A DNA stretch of 64,000 bases from Trichoplax adhaerens (GCF_000150275.1 NW_002060944.1:8198735-8262734); one strand, 5' to 3'. Shown: positions 38,263 to 53,585, numbered from the stretch's first letter. Numbers and translations: made by a program. Notes: a model not told the origin generated them from the sequence alone.

Positions 38263-40265
38263 GGTCTGGTTAATACAGTTATTGCTTCAGTATCAATCAA
38301 CGAAAAATTCTGGCTTGGCTAGACTTGGGAATTCAAAATTGGACAAACTGTGCTCTTTTAATTCTGAGATTAATCCATTTATCACCCACTTACTATAAAA
38401 AAGTAATATACGAGTATCTTCAATAATCGTTAAATTGATTTTCTTACTACAGCCGTTACCTAGATTTTCATTGTTACATAATATTATATGATTAACGTGA
38501 TATGTTATCAAACTGTTCTATAGTCATTTGTATGTTGTATGAAATACAGTTACATGAGCTATATTATGTATGCATAGTCATTACTGGCTTTTCATTAACT
38601 ACACATAGAAAGTTTTACGATATAAGTGTGTGTATAGCTCGTATTAATTGAATTCTCCAGTTGCAGAATAACGGATTTTATGCTTTTTTCTGCTCTTCTA
38701 TCACTATTAAATTATGTTACGCATATTCTTGATGCATTCTGTCATCAATTGAGGGATGCTACATAGAGTAATGAATATTCTCATATGACGGAAAATTTTT
38801 TGATAAAATTTATGTTCATCGTTATACTATCAGCATTAAATAGCTAGCTGTGACTATTGTGGTAAATTGCTACTTTTCCTAACTTTTAGAATTCTAGTAA
38901 TTAAATTCCATGTATTTCGTTGTAATAACCATTAATACGCTTACTTTGCAAGAATCTGAATTGATTAAAAAATGAAATTTTTATGGTTACATTTAATAGT
39001 AAACTTGATAGTAAACCTGTAAAATGACATTCTAACTGAATGGCTCCATTCAAAATTAATTTAAAAACTATGAATCCCCTTGTTTCTTATATAGATACAG
39101 TATAAGAGTCGTTGACTGAAATAAAGGCTATCATCAGTGCACTTTTGAATTACTATCTTTTGCATATCGTGTTAATCATTATTCTTCAGCAAATTACTAT
39201 TAAAGTAGAAATTTGAGGATAATATTAGTACATACGATAGCTCGAATAAAGATAGAGAGGTCAAAAACTAATTGATAGAACTACGACTCATATCAAGTTC
39301 TATAATCTTTAATTAAATATATATAATTATTACTGTTCAGCTTTCTAACACTATAGAATTCTGCGTAATAGCGATATCCTAGTATGCCTATAATTACTTA
39401 CAGGACTCTATCAAGAAGATTAGATGCAATTCTAAAACTTTAATGCTAAATTTATTTCTCTAACGTAATATTGCAATAGGTTACACCTAGGTCACATTTT
39501 TGGTATAATAAAACCTTATTACGAACAGAATAAACTGGAAGTGATTATGAATAAGAATTCTAATAATATTGTAATACAGTAAACCGTAATCAAGAGGTTA
39601 TCATTCGATAGTATTATTGGATTACCCTAACTGACTTCTTGTATGATAGTCGAGTCAGTAATGTGGAACTTCATAAAGTTAACCATTAATTATGATATTA
39701 ACTGATTGATGTTCAGTTAATTAATTATACGAGTATAAGCAATAAATAAAGTGAGTAACGTCTTATCATGTCGTTTGCCTTGCGTAAAGTAAACAGCTAA
39801 TAGTAAATAAAATGAATGCTAACAAGAGCATACGTAAATCTATATACGACCATATACTCGTATTCTGATACCTAGACATAATGTCGACTACCGATGTTCA
39901 CGTAATAAATGTACGAATCTAAAAATAGCTACCTTAACTATCCAATTGTAATAAAATTAATTGTTCAGAATTAAGCTTAAGATGTTAAGATAACAGATAA
40001 CGAAACAAACATCACTAACCAAAAATAAATATAGATAATAAGATCTCATGAATTGCAGATTGTCCGAAAAATATTATAATAAGAGACTTCAATTAAATAT
40101 CTTAACATAAAATTTAAACCTTGCATAAATACAAACTACAGTACACGTGTATAAATAGTTTTAAATTATCATTACACTTTCTGGTTACAGAAATTGAAGA
40201 AAACTTTGGAAAATCACTCAATTTTGATTTAACAATCACAAATTTCATTGTACAGCTGTAATCCT

Positions 40266-43200
40266 TTATAATAATTTAAGATTATTGAACGTTCTCTTGA
40301 TATTTTCTACTACTCTCGATAATGTCATAATGAACCCCCTGGATAACGGTAAAAGTGGAAAATCAGGTGACCATTCTATGGATGCGGCTGGATCAGCACT
40401 TGTGTCGTTATCATCTTGACTAGTGTTAGATGGTCGGTCAGAAGATGGTTTCAAGAGTATTTCTAATCGCTCAATAATTCTGCAACAAAAAAAATTTCTC
40501 TGTAAGCTAAAAATCCATTTAGTAAACTTGTATATTATTATTGTTATTATATGCAGCTAACTAGACCTTCTAGCGTTCACTCTATAGAATGACGTGATTT
40601 CTTCTTTAAATACTTCAGGAGGATTACGTAGCAAGGTAGTAATAGTCTAAGATAACCAAAGTTTATCATTAAAACACTGTTAGTCTAAAATTTCGAGTAA
40701 GTATCAATAGGGCCAAATATTGCATATAATAATACTTTTTGCCACTACTTTCGGATAAGCCAGTAGTAACTAGTGCATGTATTATAATTATTGTTTAAAT
40801 AGTATCCAACAATATTTTGCAAATGAGAAATCACTGTAATGCAGCTAGCAATGCAATAGAATTTCGCTATCAGCTACCAAAATATCGATCTGTGTTCCAA
40901 AGTTATTACTAAATTAATACAACATGGTAGCACATGCACGATGAACTTAAAAATTATAGTAGAACCTATCTCTGATGAAACAGTAAGTCAGACTAATAGT
41001 TAAACTAACTTTATCTTACAATCATAGCATGTAACTACAAGTGCTTTATATCTAACCTCAGCCGCTTTCAGAATCACCATTTCATTATATAGGCGACTAT
41101 TCTCTTTGCCTTGGTTTGTCCCCTGCTGCTTTGTATAGCCAGCTTCATTAAAATATGGCTCTCTACACAAGATCAAGGCTAGCAAAAAAAGTCGATTTTT
41201 ACGTAATGCCTCAATATTATGTGTTTAAATGATGAACTGATTCTAATATAGATGTGATAACAATAACATCGACCTAAATCAATTAGCAAGAGTATCATTC
41301 AAAAGTTTACCTTGTATAGACAGCAGAGCTTGGAGCATATTTGATTTATCAGTCCAAACTTCTGTACCCTATGTCAACAATATGAAAATTTCGAATATTT
41401 TTATGCTTGAATGTCTATGATACTGTTTTAATATTACCTACCTTTCCGACCCAAGTTCCAAGCAAACTGACACAAACTTTACCATCTTGATATAAATTAG
41501 GATTAAGTTGTGTATTACTATACGTTGTGTAATGAAATATTGGGGGAGATTTGGGGTAATCACGCGGAAAATGGACGTCGAATGCGAAAAATGTATTTTC
41601 ATATGGCGTTCCTTCTGGACCGTAGATCAAAATGCTCATGACATCCTAGCATTAAAAATCATAAAGATTTAATAGCAAGTTGTACACTTCCTTCATAGAG
41701 TATAATATCGAATTATTATATAATTAGTCTTACCATTCTATCTTCATATGCACGCACAAGAATGTCACTAGGTAGTGAAGACTTTAATAAAGCAATCTTT
41801 GAGAGACAAAGGTGTTATTTCAGTTATATTAATCATACAGTCATTAAAATTTTTCTACCATCAAAATATAAGATTCATTTCTTTTAATTTTCTAGACTCA
41901 AACCTCTTTTTGAAATCGAACAACAAATTTTCGCATCTCAGCCGGCGGGAAAGATTGGATATGTTTAAATTTATGGCCTTCCGGAACAGACTCTAACATT
42001 TTGAAATTATCTGCCAAAAGTCATTATTATCAAGAATTAAATTATTATAGATAGTCAATTTGTAATGTTGATTTAATACTGTAATAGTCGAAAAGCAATA
42101 CCTGTTGATCTACTTAGTTCAGAATGGCTAATTTCCACAAAAGCATCTCCTTCTTCTATATTTTTTGTAATTTCCTGAGTAACAGATAAACTTTCCTTAG
42201 TTATAACTACATTTTCTATAACGTATCATTAGCAATATCAGCTATTGTTAAAGCCTGTACCATTGGTTCTTCTTCATCAGCTACATTAGACGCATCGCAA
42301 TTTGTATTCATTGATTTTTCGGTTGTAGAATCCTGCATCACCTTTTGATCTTCACCATCAGTAATCTTGCGTTCTTCTTTGTCGTCAACTAATTCATTCG
42401 CCATTACAGTGTTTTTACACTCTTCGACTGCTTCCATCTTTACAATTTCGAAACTACTATCACTGCAAGTAAATAAAATATTAATGTCGTTGTTATCGTT
42501 AAGTAGGTTATTTAACAGTTTTGATATCGATGTATCGAAGTAATACCTATCATTTGATGTTGATGTACTATTCTCAGTCTCCCATTCGCTATCTGAGTAG
42601 ATCTTTGCTTCTTCAACGTCAGATATAGGTTCTATCATTTCTTCAGAACCGTCGCTATAATCATCCTAGTATTATTTAAGCAATAGCTTAATTACCCTTT
42701 TGTTTAGAATACAATTGAATAAAAATCATGATATATAGCAGTGTACGACTTACATCGCTTAAGTCATCAATTTTCAATAAGGAATGAGGCTTCGATTTTG
42801 TAGTTGAACCATCAGTCCAACGAACGGTAATACTGCCGTCAATATCCAGATTGATAACCTAAATTGGAATTTATAATTGCAATCAGGAATAATTTTCTGG
42901 CGAATCTATCAAACTGATAGGTGTTATTTAGCATTGAAGAGGATAGTAATAACAAATCTTAAATATTATTAATAGAAATAAAAATATTTTTAAAACATCT
43001 AATAGATTTTATATGATGACCAAGATTCATAAAATCATCTGCTAATAATACCGCTGCAACGATTGCAATAGAGTTAGTGGATAAATACAAAAGGTCTATT
43101 TGTGAATACTAAGGCGACCATTGATCATCATTTTATTCTTACCTGGCCTAGATAAACTTGACTATTGGTTGCTGATCTGTCCCGGCTAGAACTACAATAC

Positions 43201-46200
43201 TATCAGAATTGAAAGCAATCCTACTTAGATTTAACAGCATTGCAATCCATACTAAGTAAGTATATTTTAAACACAAGCTACTGTAGTAGCAATTTTACAT
43301 TTAGAACCATACTCACTGTACATTGTGTTATCTTTACTACCAAGCAGCCGATAGAAAATGAATAATCTGGATGTGGTTTGAGATCATAAACGCTAACGTC
43401 TTGTTCTACTTCATCCAATATCAGACAACTAAAAAAGTAACATTGCTGTGAACATTTGTAAGCATCTATAGGTAAAAGTGTGTTTTTGCTAACCTTGTCC
43501 TGTTGTCACTTTCACTATTCTTGACCCATTGAACATGGCAAGTTCTACCTTCATGGTCATAAAATAATACTACTCCGTACATTCCATCAACTGAGAACAA
43601 TTCTATAACAAACAAGAAAGGAGATGATAGGAAATTAAATTCATTTTCATAGTAACCATTTCTCAACGACGTATTGAAAATTTGAATATGGCATTAATCA
43701 TAGAAATATTAATCGCTAATTAAGAATGATGTTTTCAATACCTCTCTTATCGATAACAAATTCTCCTGGAAAAAATTCCAATTCATCTAGATGTCCCTTA
43801 GTCAATAATTTTACTGATGAGACATCAAATTCTTCATTTCCGTCCTACATTAACGATTAAATATGAATGTAGACGTCTCAATTGGTTGCAAAATAGAAAA
43901 TATGGGAATATGGGCTTTGTTTTTTTATATTGCTTGTAAGACGTGGTGTTACCTGCCATCGGATATCAGCTTCTGTTTCTGTTTTCATAATTTCGCACGC
44001 GAGGGTCATTTGAGGTCTAGCTGTTGGGACAGCACTAACAGGCTCACTTCTTTTCCTACGATAACGTCTCTTATTGCGTCGATGTGAAAGCGAACTAGTC
44101 CGAGGTTTATTTTGACGATAAACTTTATTGTTGCTATGGCCACTATCAGAAGAGTCAAATGCCGATCCACTGGTAGTATTTGGTCTGGTGGATGATTTAG
44201 TTGACATCATACTTAGATTAGAAATTAACCGTTGTGCTAAATGTGGCGGTTTAGCTACTGTATCTACTGCTATTGCTGCAGTAGCCTCTTCACTGTATAA
44301 TTCTGGTGTAACCTGGGAACTGATAGCGTTGCTACTATGCCCTTTAACTTGATCAGTTTTAAACAAATCAGATTTTATATCATGTTCATCGTCGTTCTGA
44401 TCAAAATAGCCGAAATTATTGCTTGTATTATCGTGATCATGAATTTTTTCGTCTTCATGGTTGTCATCATTAATGCTATCGTTATCTTCTTCTGATTCTT
44501 CCAACATTTCCACTTCTTCTCCTTCATCTCCAGCTTTGTTATCTTCTTCTTTATCTAATTTTTTATCACTACATGAATCACTTAATGGTACATTACTATC
44601 AGATACTACCGTTGCAGGTAAACTAGTAGCAACGTTATCATTATAGCTTAAAATATGAGAATTGCATGCCATTAAGCTTTCTGAATCAGTTGCAGTTATG
44701 ACACCGCTAACTTCACTGCTAGTCTCAGCTGCTTGACTGGTATCAACTTGTTGCTGTGTTGTGTTACTGCCTCCTTGTACAGTCGCCTTTTTAACTTCTA
44801 ATAATTTGTCGGTAGCGGCATGAAAAGTATATAGGACTTTATCACCTAACTGAATTTGGTTTTGTCGTATGCTCCAAAAGGTTGTTAATCTGAAATCATT
44901 ATTTAAAAGGATAACTTAAGAAATAGCTATCCATGATAAAAGCATTAATTAATTAACAGTACGATATATCTTATGATATTTGAATATACTTATGGAGTGA
45001 TTGTTCTGGTACAAGTTCTGGAGGAGGATCAACACTTTCCTGAGATGGACCATATGCTGAAAAACCGCATATAATCCACTTGACACGAACACCAGTTAAA
45101 ATAACTTTTTCAACAGTAGCTCTGACTGTTGTCATACGCCGACTAAACGAAGGCCGAGGCTTTGTTAACCAAATTGCTTGACGGAATAACTTGACCGAAC
45201 CTTCCACTTTTTGTCCTGGGTAAAAATCTTCAGCAGCGAAACGTGTCCTTTCATCCAACATGGCATCACGCATTTGAAAAGCAAGATGCCATTCCATTCG
45301 ACATCTGTAGTTATAATGTATAAGTAACTTAATGGATTTCATAAAAATGTATAGGAGCCGATCGTATAAGGATATTTACGAGATCAATACTGTAAGGTGT
45401 AGTCAGCAATCGATTACAATACCAGCGTAAATTAAATAGATTGATTGAATTTCTCATTTGTTATAAATGCATTATAAATAAGATATAATCTTAGTTATCA
45501 TTCGTTTATTGAGAGCTATCTCTAGCATAAGATTACGAAATATGACAGAGGTATGACGTGATTATGCTATTATTAAGTGAAATCAAAGACAATGCTGAAG
45601 CACATGTAATAAGAAAACTGAAGATTGAAAATCTGTTTTTAGGATGCTACTAACTGCATTACTCATGGTGTGTTAAAGATTATATAAAACGTGTGGAGGA
45701 TAGTGATTTGCACAGGGCAGCACCTATCCTATATTGCTGCTTACGATTGCAAAGCATACATAATTTTTGTTCACGGCTATGAAAGAGATCAGATTAATAC
45801 CTAATATTGTATGTTAACGCATTTGTGATTATGGTGATAGTTTCAGCTTTAAAGCACTATCTGTATACACTAGCTAGAAGGGATTATTGCAGTAAAGGCT
45901 TCATTATAATATTGTTGAGATAAAAAAGTGACTTACTTTGATCCATTCTTTAAACGTAAAATTAAACGTTGCTTAACATCACGTATTACACCAATCCAAG
46001 GCCCCATAGTAATATAATCGTCTCGACTTGGTACCTATAAAAATATAAGGATATCCACAAAATTTTTGTAGAGTTAGAAATATAGGTCAATTTTGTGTAT
46101 TGATTCTTATACTTTTCTACTCTTCCATGAGAGATTTCGTATACCATGATATTTGTAGTATTATTGTTAGCCGTAATTTGTGTAACAGATGAATATCGAT

Positions 46201-49200
46201 AGTAGAAAATAACCTTTGAACTGATACTACAAGATTTAGTACTCGCACACTAATTTAATAACAAATACTCTACAGGTATCATTTTACTGCTTACATGTAT
46301 AGTAGTATGATGTTATTAAATTAGTTTCTTTTACAGTTTAAGTGCAAGAAAATTAACGATGATAATATCGTTTCCATAAGGTAAAATTTAGCATTGGTAG
46401 GCAAGAATTGATATCGTATTAAACATTCTTAAGATTTCATAGTGTAAATTAATCGTTTCTACTAACTTTGATTGTCTACGGTATCTTCAAATAATCTATC
46501 TAGGCGATACATACTAAAGTGATACAGGCAGCAGCGATTTAATATTCTTCAAATTACTATATTCTAATCAACTATCTCTACAACATTTATAATAGTGAGT
46601 GCCTGGAATAGCTGAAAATAAGCAATCTACGTCGACCCACTCTAATACGTTCGTCATGATGTTGTTGAATTTGTTACTAGGTTATTACCATGTAACCCAA
46701 TTACTCTACAAACGATAATTATTGATTGCCTCGAATACCTTCAAAGCAATCTATCGGTGCGATATACAGTACTTGTATGTATTTTAACATTTACGTAAGT
46801 ATCGTTCATCTATTGCTCAATTTTCAAAATGTAATCAATTAATTTGCAGATGATCATCCCTTCTTGATTCTATTAACTTCAAAATACATTAATTTATCTA
46901 TACAAATATATTATATAACATTGAAATAAATGTTATTAATCCATGGATAGGTTTTCTTACAGTCTAATAAGTTTATTTCTAGAGTACTATGTACAATATG
47001 CATTGCTAATGATAGTTTCGGAGCAGCTTAATTTATTACAGATGGAATTGAGTTAAGAATACGTGATGAATAATCTAGTAATATATAAAAGTAACTTCTC
47101 AAAACCAATAGAATGCAGCTTACCTGTAAAGGCTTTAATTCAGTACACCGGATACCTTTTAGCATTTGATTCGTACCAATGATCTTGATATCGGCATATA
47201 ATCGAACATTTACGACATAACCCCATTGAGATGAGACCGTACTGCGATCAATATGTTTAATAACATCACCGGGCATCAAGGACCTATCAACTAGTATCAA
47301 CTAATGATGAAAAGACAACAAAAGCGCAACAGATTGATTAGTAATTCAATAACTATCTTTGACTTTTACTAATGTACTCGTATAAGTCAATGTTATGCTA
47401 TGAATCATGTTGAAATTCATGTAGCATATAAAGTTATGCAAAAGGTAAATTCTGCCAAAATAAAAAAAGTGTCATGTTTACATCGTCAAAAGATGGCGTA
47501 GAGAAAATCTACGTGTAGGAAATATGTAAATATAATAAAGTCTGGAAATCATTATCTCCATCAATTCTTATAATCAATAGCGGAAAGAAGATAACGGAAG
47601 AGCTACTTTTCAATTGCCCTACTATATTAATCATTAAAGTCTATCGCTAACGCGCATAAAATCATCCCCATTTTTTGTTGCATAAGTTATAAATTATTGA
47701 CAAATTATGCAATAGCATTCCTCGAAAAAAGTCCACAATATTGAATAGCGGCGCCATTAAAGTGATTATGATAATTGCTGTTGAAGTATTTCTTTTGCCT
47801 TCTTGTAAGTTTATAGAAAGTAGTTGTAGACTTGCAGTGAATAGCGTTATTATATCAAAAATCTGTATATGTCATTCATCTATACAAGTAATGGTATATA
47901 TCCATATATAAACGATAAAATCGTGCGAGATATATTCTACTAATGAAGAGCGTAGTGTTACCACCATATTAAGACGCCAAAAACTATAGCCTAACGTGTC
48001 ATTATAGATTAAAGTGTTCTTGTACAAAACTTATATAAGATATATTTCAATAGACAGCTTCGGAGTTGGATGGTACTTATTACTTAGATGCTTATATAGC
48101 TTAATAAAGTTTTTCGAGTATCTCCAGTGGTCATCATCTTGCATTCGCACATAGTAACAGTAGTGATCAAACTACTTTAATATAAGTTTGGTTGATTAAA
48201 GAGTGCTTAGAGTTAGTTGCTTAGATAGTTAAGTCTACTTTAGAGGAAAGAATCCCGTTTAATTCTTGTGTTACAATCTCGGTTGTGACAGGGAAATTCT
48301 TTCTATCGGAATATTTAATTTATCAACCTACTGAAAGATCAATACAGAATAGTGTAGTTAAAGTAAGACCAATTGCTATGGGTGTCAGTGATCCATATAA
48401 AGTATACATATACCCTTGGCAGATTAAAATTGATCGGAGCCGAAGAATCTATAATGTATTAAGTACTGGATGTCTACATTGAATTTCTAAGGAATAGAAT
48501 GAACATTGTACAATAGACAAACGGGGGTGGCGAAACGACGATACGATGGAAATTAATTATTAGTCTGTGAGACGATATCAGATGATGATTGGCATTCAAG
48601 TAAGAGCATGGACTGAATAATCAATCGCACAGTATGTACGGTATGGTTCCACGGTAATAATTTAGAGCAGTTTACAGGATAGAAAGATGACTCATACAGA
48701 AAGAGTAAATAGAAAACTAGAAATATCTTTCAATCCTTCCTGTATAATGTTACTAACATTGATATTTGTTAGCTATCCATTTCGGTTGTTATCTGCTACA
48801 TAATACCAGCAGTCTTGATGTACTCGTACAGGTTGAATACAATAGGTGTTGTTCTTTTTACACAACTATCACCTAATATATCTACTGTACTTTTACCGGG
48901 AAATATCTTTCATCATTACTCTTCCTGTATAACATCTGGCAATAGGATTGATATCTAATTGCCCATTTCAATCGATATCTTTCGTATCATGCCAGCAGTC
49001 TAAATGCGCTCATATATGTTGAATACATGTTGGTCTCCTTTAATATACTGTACAACCATCCCCAATTCATCTACTTTAACTGGAAATATCATCCATCATA
49101 GTACTTCCTACATGATGTCCAGCAATAGGATTGATAAGAGTAAATGACTACTGTGTAAAGGCCTGTTTCGATCCATAACCATTTTACGGAATAATATCAA

Positions 49201-50554
49201 CAGTCTAGGTGCTCTGTAAAATCGTCTATTCTACGAATATAACGCTATCAATCTATATCAAGAGGACAGGGATGTAAATACGTACTTGTATACTGTACAG
49301 ATTTTGTTCTTTATACTATATACAACCATCACCTAATTCATCCACTTGAATCAAAAAATATCATCCGTCTTTATCCTTCTGCATGATGACGAGTGATCAG
49401 ATTGATATTATTAGTCATCTATTTCGATTAATCAATACGTACAATGCGAGTATAAAGCCATGAGTCTACATTAAATGATGCCATCAATATGCCTTAGTGT
49501 AAGAATATTCATCTACTTTTCACCGGAATATCTTTTCATCGTTATCCTTTCTATATCAAGGCTGGCAGTAGGATTGATATTTAGTCGATTATTTCGATCG
49601 ATATCTACTCTACGAGTGTCATATCCATTAATCTACATCACTATAGCGTAGAATAAAAAAGCTATATTGATGGTTCTTTTAATGTACTCCTATATCGTAT
49701 ACTACCTTCGGCCAATTTATCTACTTTAGCTGGGAATATCTTTTCATATTTGTCCTTTCTAGGTGATGATAGGCACTACAGTTGATAGTTTAATCGACTA
49801 TTTCGATCGATATCTACTCTACATGAGTAGAATATCTATTTTGTCTACTAGTCCACATCAATATACCATAAAGTAACAATTGATTTCCTTTAACTGGAAA
49901 TATCTTTTCATTCTTTCAGTATGTTGGCAGGCAATACGATTGATATTTAGCCGTCAATTATAATCAATATCGACTAGACGTGTAGAACTGTACCGGCGTT
50001 ATTTCTTTTATTATATTATAAGATGATGGCCCAATTTAACTATTTTAAATTTGTAAGATCACTTTTCACCGTAAAATAAATTGTCGAATGTTATAGTGGG
50101 AAAGAGTTTGCGTGCTATCATGAAATAGTAGGCAATAGAATCAGTTTGGTCATTATCTTCTAGAAACGCAGTTAGAGATGACATTAATCAATAACATGAA
50201 TATGCAGTAGGTATGGATAATTGCAAATCTATTGCCTCTCCTCCTCTAAAAAGTTAAGCTTGAACAACTGGTAAGGTATATCCTTACCAAAGATCATCCC
50301 TAGGCAATACAGTGTCGATAAACAAGTCGACCTACCTTTGTCTCATCCATAACTTCTTCTTCACCGTTTGGATACCAAGCTGCTATCACTTGGCCATTTT
50401 GTAGATGGTAGTGATCAGAATTTTCATCGGAAATATCTTCATCACTGTTATCTGTATCAAAGCTATTGGCAACAACAATGGCAAATTTATCGTCAAGCTC
50501 ATGCCTGACTAAATCTTCGGTAATAACACGTTGATTTAATCGATTGGATGACAT
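40266..50554 (-). CDS. UBE2O: E2/E3 hybrid ubiquitin-conjugating enzyme UBE2O (multi-exon)
   Basis: N-terminal WYPNG.../LILVDRSLMPGDV; FYPGQKV; EADIRWQDG; HLDELEFFPGEFVIDKR; VSVYDLKPHPDY. UBC domain GPEGTPYE...LNPNLYQDGKVCVSLLGTW (catalytic Cys), LILCREPYFNEAGY, and C-terminal PDFPLLPLSRGF. Confidence 0.96.
48700..49990. repeat. Degenerate tandem array (about 7 x ~160-275 bp) in UBE2O intron 1
   Basis: Recurring atctacttt..ctggaaatatcttt.catc...ggcaataggattgatatttag...atttcgatcgatatct, with anchors near 48720, 48900, 49083, 49357, 49526, 49733 and 49896. Confidence 0.85.
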
Positions 50555-51419
50555 AATCGGATCATTCCTTAATCTTCAATGGCTGACCAGAATTCAAATC
50601 TCAATGACAACACTGCAATGTCCAACGTTTCTACAGATATTATCGTCAGTTCACGCCAAAGGGACAAAGGATAGTCGGTAGAATTGCTGTAAATGCTTAA
50701 CGTGCCTACAAGACAGTCAATAGAATAAACTAATATCGTCAGTTATTATTGCAAGTGGGAAAAGCCCCCAAAAGATGTCGAAATAAGGGCAGTAACCACG
50801 GAGATGGCCCAATTACGTTGAACGGGATAGCTTATGCTACCGTAGTATACTGTCTAAGAGTAGACTACTGTAGGCAAGAAGTCACCGGAAACTTGGACCG
50901 ATAGCATACTGTAGGTATAGCAGGATGCTTCACATGCTACATACTATAGAGGAGGGAAAAAAACTCCATGCTGCAGAATCCATTAGAGCAGAGCACCCGA
51001 GAGTCGAGTATTATTTCTTAATTCCTATAGTAAGTAGAATCCTATCCGATTGGATAGCCAAAGTCTTACAATCTTGACTGAAAGGTCTGGCAAATTGTAT
51101 CATTTGAGACATTTCAGGAAATAATTGGAATGGAAGACGTGGGATATAAAATGCAATCCAAGTGCAGTAGTATGTAAACGATGAATGTCATCTTATTGAG
51201 TCTCTTCGTCTACAATCATACTGAAAATGGTGACCAAGGATTAGCTAAAATGTCTATTTTTCTTTTTCTATCTCATCCTTGTATGAGATGACAAGTGACA
51301 ATAGATTTGCGCACTTGCCAGGATCGAGGAGAAAAATCTCCATGATCGAGACATTCTAGTGTTAGCAACAGACCGGGAAGAATGACCGTAGTTTAACTTC
51401 TATCTCTTTCTAACATTAA

Positions 51420-51960
51420 AATTGAGCATAAATCATGAATATAGACCATTATGGACTGTGCTATCCACCCGAATAGCACTGCACGAAGAACGATATAAAT
51501 TGAATCAACTCCATCTCATTCATAACAGTAATTAAGATAGATTATCGTGAATAAGAGCCCAAAAATACTGTATGCGTATTTTAACGATATTGGAGTATAA
51601 ATTGTGAGTATAGGCCACCTATTGCATAATATTATGGACTATGCTATCCATTTGAATAGTAATGATGTACGCACAGTATACCATCATGCCACCGAAGAAC
51701 GATATAAATCAAATATAAATATGTATCAAATCAACTTCATTTCATTCATAACAATAATTGAGAATATGATAAATTCATATGATCCCCAAAATATTACACA
51801 CATATTCGAGACTGTGCTATCTACTTGAATGGTAATGATGGGCACATAAAATTATACCTGCTAAAACAACATCAATTAAACTCCTATTAACATTTCATTT
51901 AATGTAGTAATTGGATGTATTTATGAGCATGAGCCAAGTATACTGTATTATGGCTGTATT
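51420..51960. repeat. Degenerate tandem array (about 3 x ~185 bp) upstream of UBE2O
   Basis: gact(g/a)tgctatc...gaat.g, gaagaacgatataaat and tcattcataaca.taatt recur near 51447, 51630 and 51808. Confidence 0.8.
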
Positions 51961-52010
51961 CTCATCACACTTACAATGGTTTGCATAGTATTTTTTCAAA
52001 TGCTAATAAA

Positions 52011-52081
52011 CATATATTAATCTATGATAAAAAAAAAACTAGACATCATATATTTATCTATGATAAAAAGAAACTAGACAT
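52011..52081. repeat. 35-36 bp tandem duplication
   Basis: catatatt(a/t)atctatgataaaaa(a/g)aaactagacat, two copies. Confidence 0.9.
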
Positions 52082-53585
52082 AGGATCATCTTTCACTAGT
52101 GACTGGATAAATTTTCTCTCTGAACTCAGACAACAATAAAATTTGATCAAAAATATCCAAAAAAGCATAAGGAGAAAGATTTTTCCAGAGTTAGGATGCA
52201 AATGAATTGATAAGACGTAATAAAAATACAAAGTAAAAGCAATTTGATTATACGTATATTCAATTTTATTTCTTGTGCTAATAAAGAGTGAAATGCTCTA
52301 AAACTGCTGTAGGTTAACACAGTTGCTGGATTAGTAATAAAAAAAAAGTAAGCTGGTCTGCTGGTGCTTCTAGGTCCTTCATTGTCGGATGCAGGATACG
52401 AAAAGGTGATATGTGCTAAATTGACATTACTTTATCGTTATTAATCTAGCAACTCTTCCATAATAGCATGCCAAAAAAGGATATACATACGAGAATACTC
52501 AGGCATCGGCGGATGAGCGTAGCAGCAGTGCAGCACAGCCTATTCGTTCTGTAGCTGCTACATCTGGTTTGCTGTACTCAGCTTTGAAGAAGACTTCGTC
52601 TTCTACTGCAGCAAGTACCCCAGATTCATAATTTGTATATTTATACTGGATAGGTTAATAACACCTTTACATCGTATGATAACTTGTGCCCATGACAGCA
52701 CTATTTCAGTAAAGGACGATTAAATAATTTAAACAGTATTTTGATAAGCTAGATACTCCATTATGTATACAGGTATTAAAGACAATTCTACAATTATATA
52801 AACGCTACGATGGCATTACCAGTTCTTATTATAGTAACTACTCGTGTAGTTTGCCAACTCTAATTATGTTTTCAAGTGCTTTTCTATCTCGTGTAGGTAA
52901 ATAATTGTATTGACTTTAGTATTTGTGATGCCGGCACCTTTACTGACAAATAAACAGAACGTAATACCTATCATAGTATGAGACAGATATTACCTATCTA
53001 TAAAATGTTATCTCAGTAAAGTATGTGTGTAAACTTTAGATATGTTAGCACATTCTAGGCTGTCATACTTTGTTGATATGTAATGCAGTAGATGTTGTAT
53101 AAAGTAGATTTAAACGTATTCTCGCGTGCATTAGGGTAACTTGCCTCTACAGTATTGATGAGAGATATAATAAAGAACTACACCTAACGAATATCATAGC
53201 CGTTCATTTTCTCTTCTACTACTCTCTGCCAATCTATCATCATACCTGAAGGGTCTTATTTTTAAGCTAAACTTGATGAGATTTGATAATGTAATAGCTG
53301 TATTTAAAGTAATTTATCAGATTTAGTAATGATATCGATAACATTTATCATTTATATAATCGAGCTATATTAGCAAGCTAGCATTTTACCTCATTAAAAT
53401 AGGTATAAGTAATATTGACTTGCAAAGTAATTTATTCCTCAAGTATGCGAAGCTAAAGTAAGTTATCCGATGGTTATAGTTTGTACTATACAATTGATTA
53501 TCCAACTAGTTAAAGACAGACACACCAGTTTAGTTATATCATGATTATCAGTTTATAGTTATATAGATATGTTATACAGAATATA

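Noticed and set aside
50269-50289. Short hairpin tggtaagg-tatat-ccttacca near the UBE2O first donor (similar ones at ~15790 and ~18650)
   Set aside because: Stems of 7-8 bp are expected by chance in 64 kb of AT-rich DNA.
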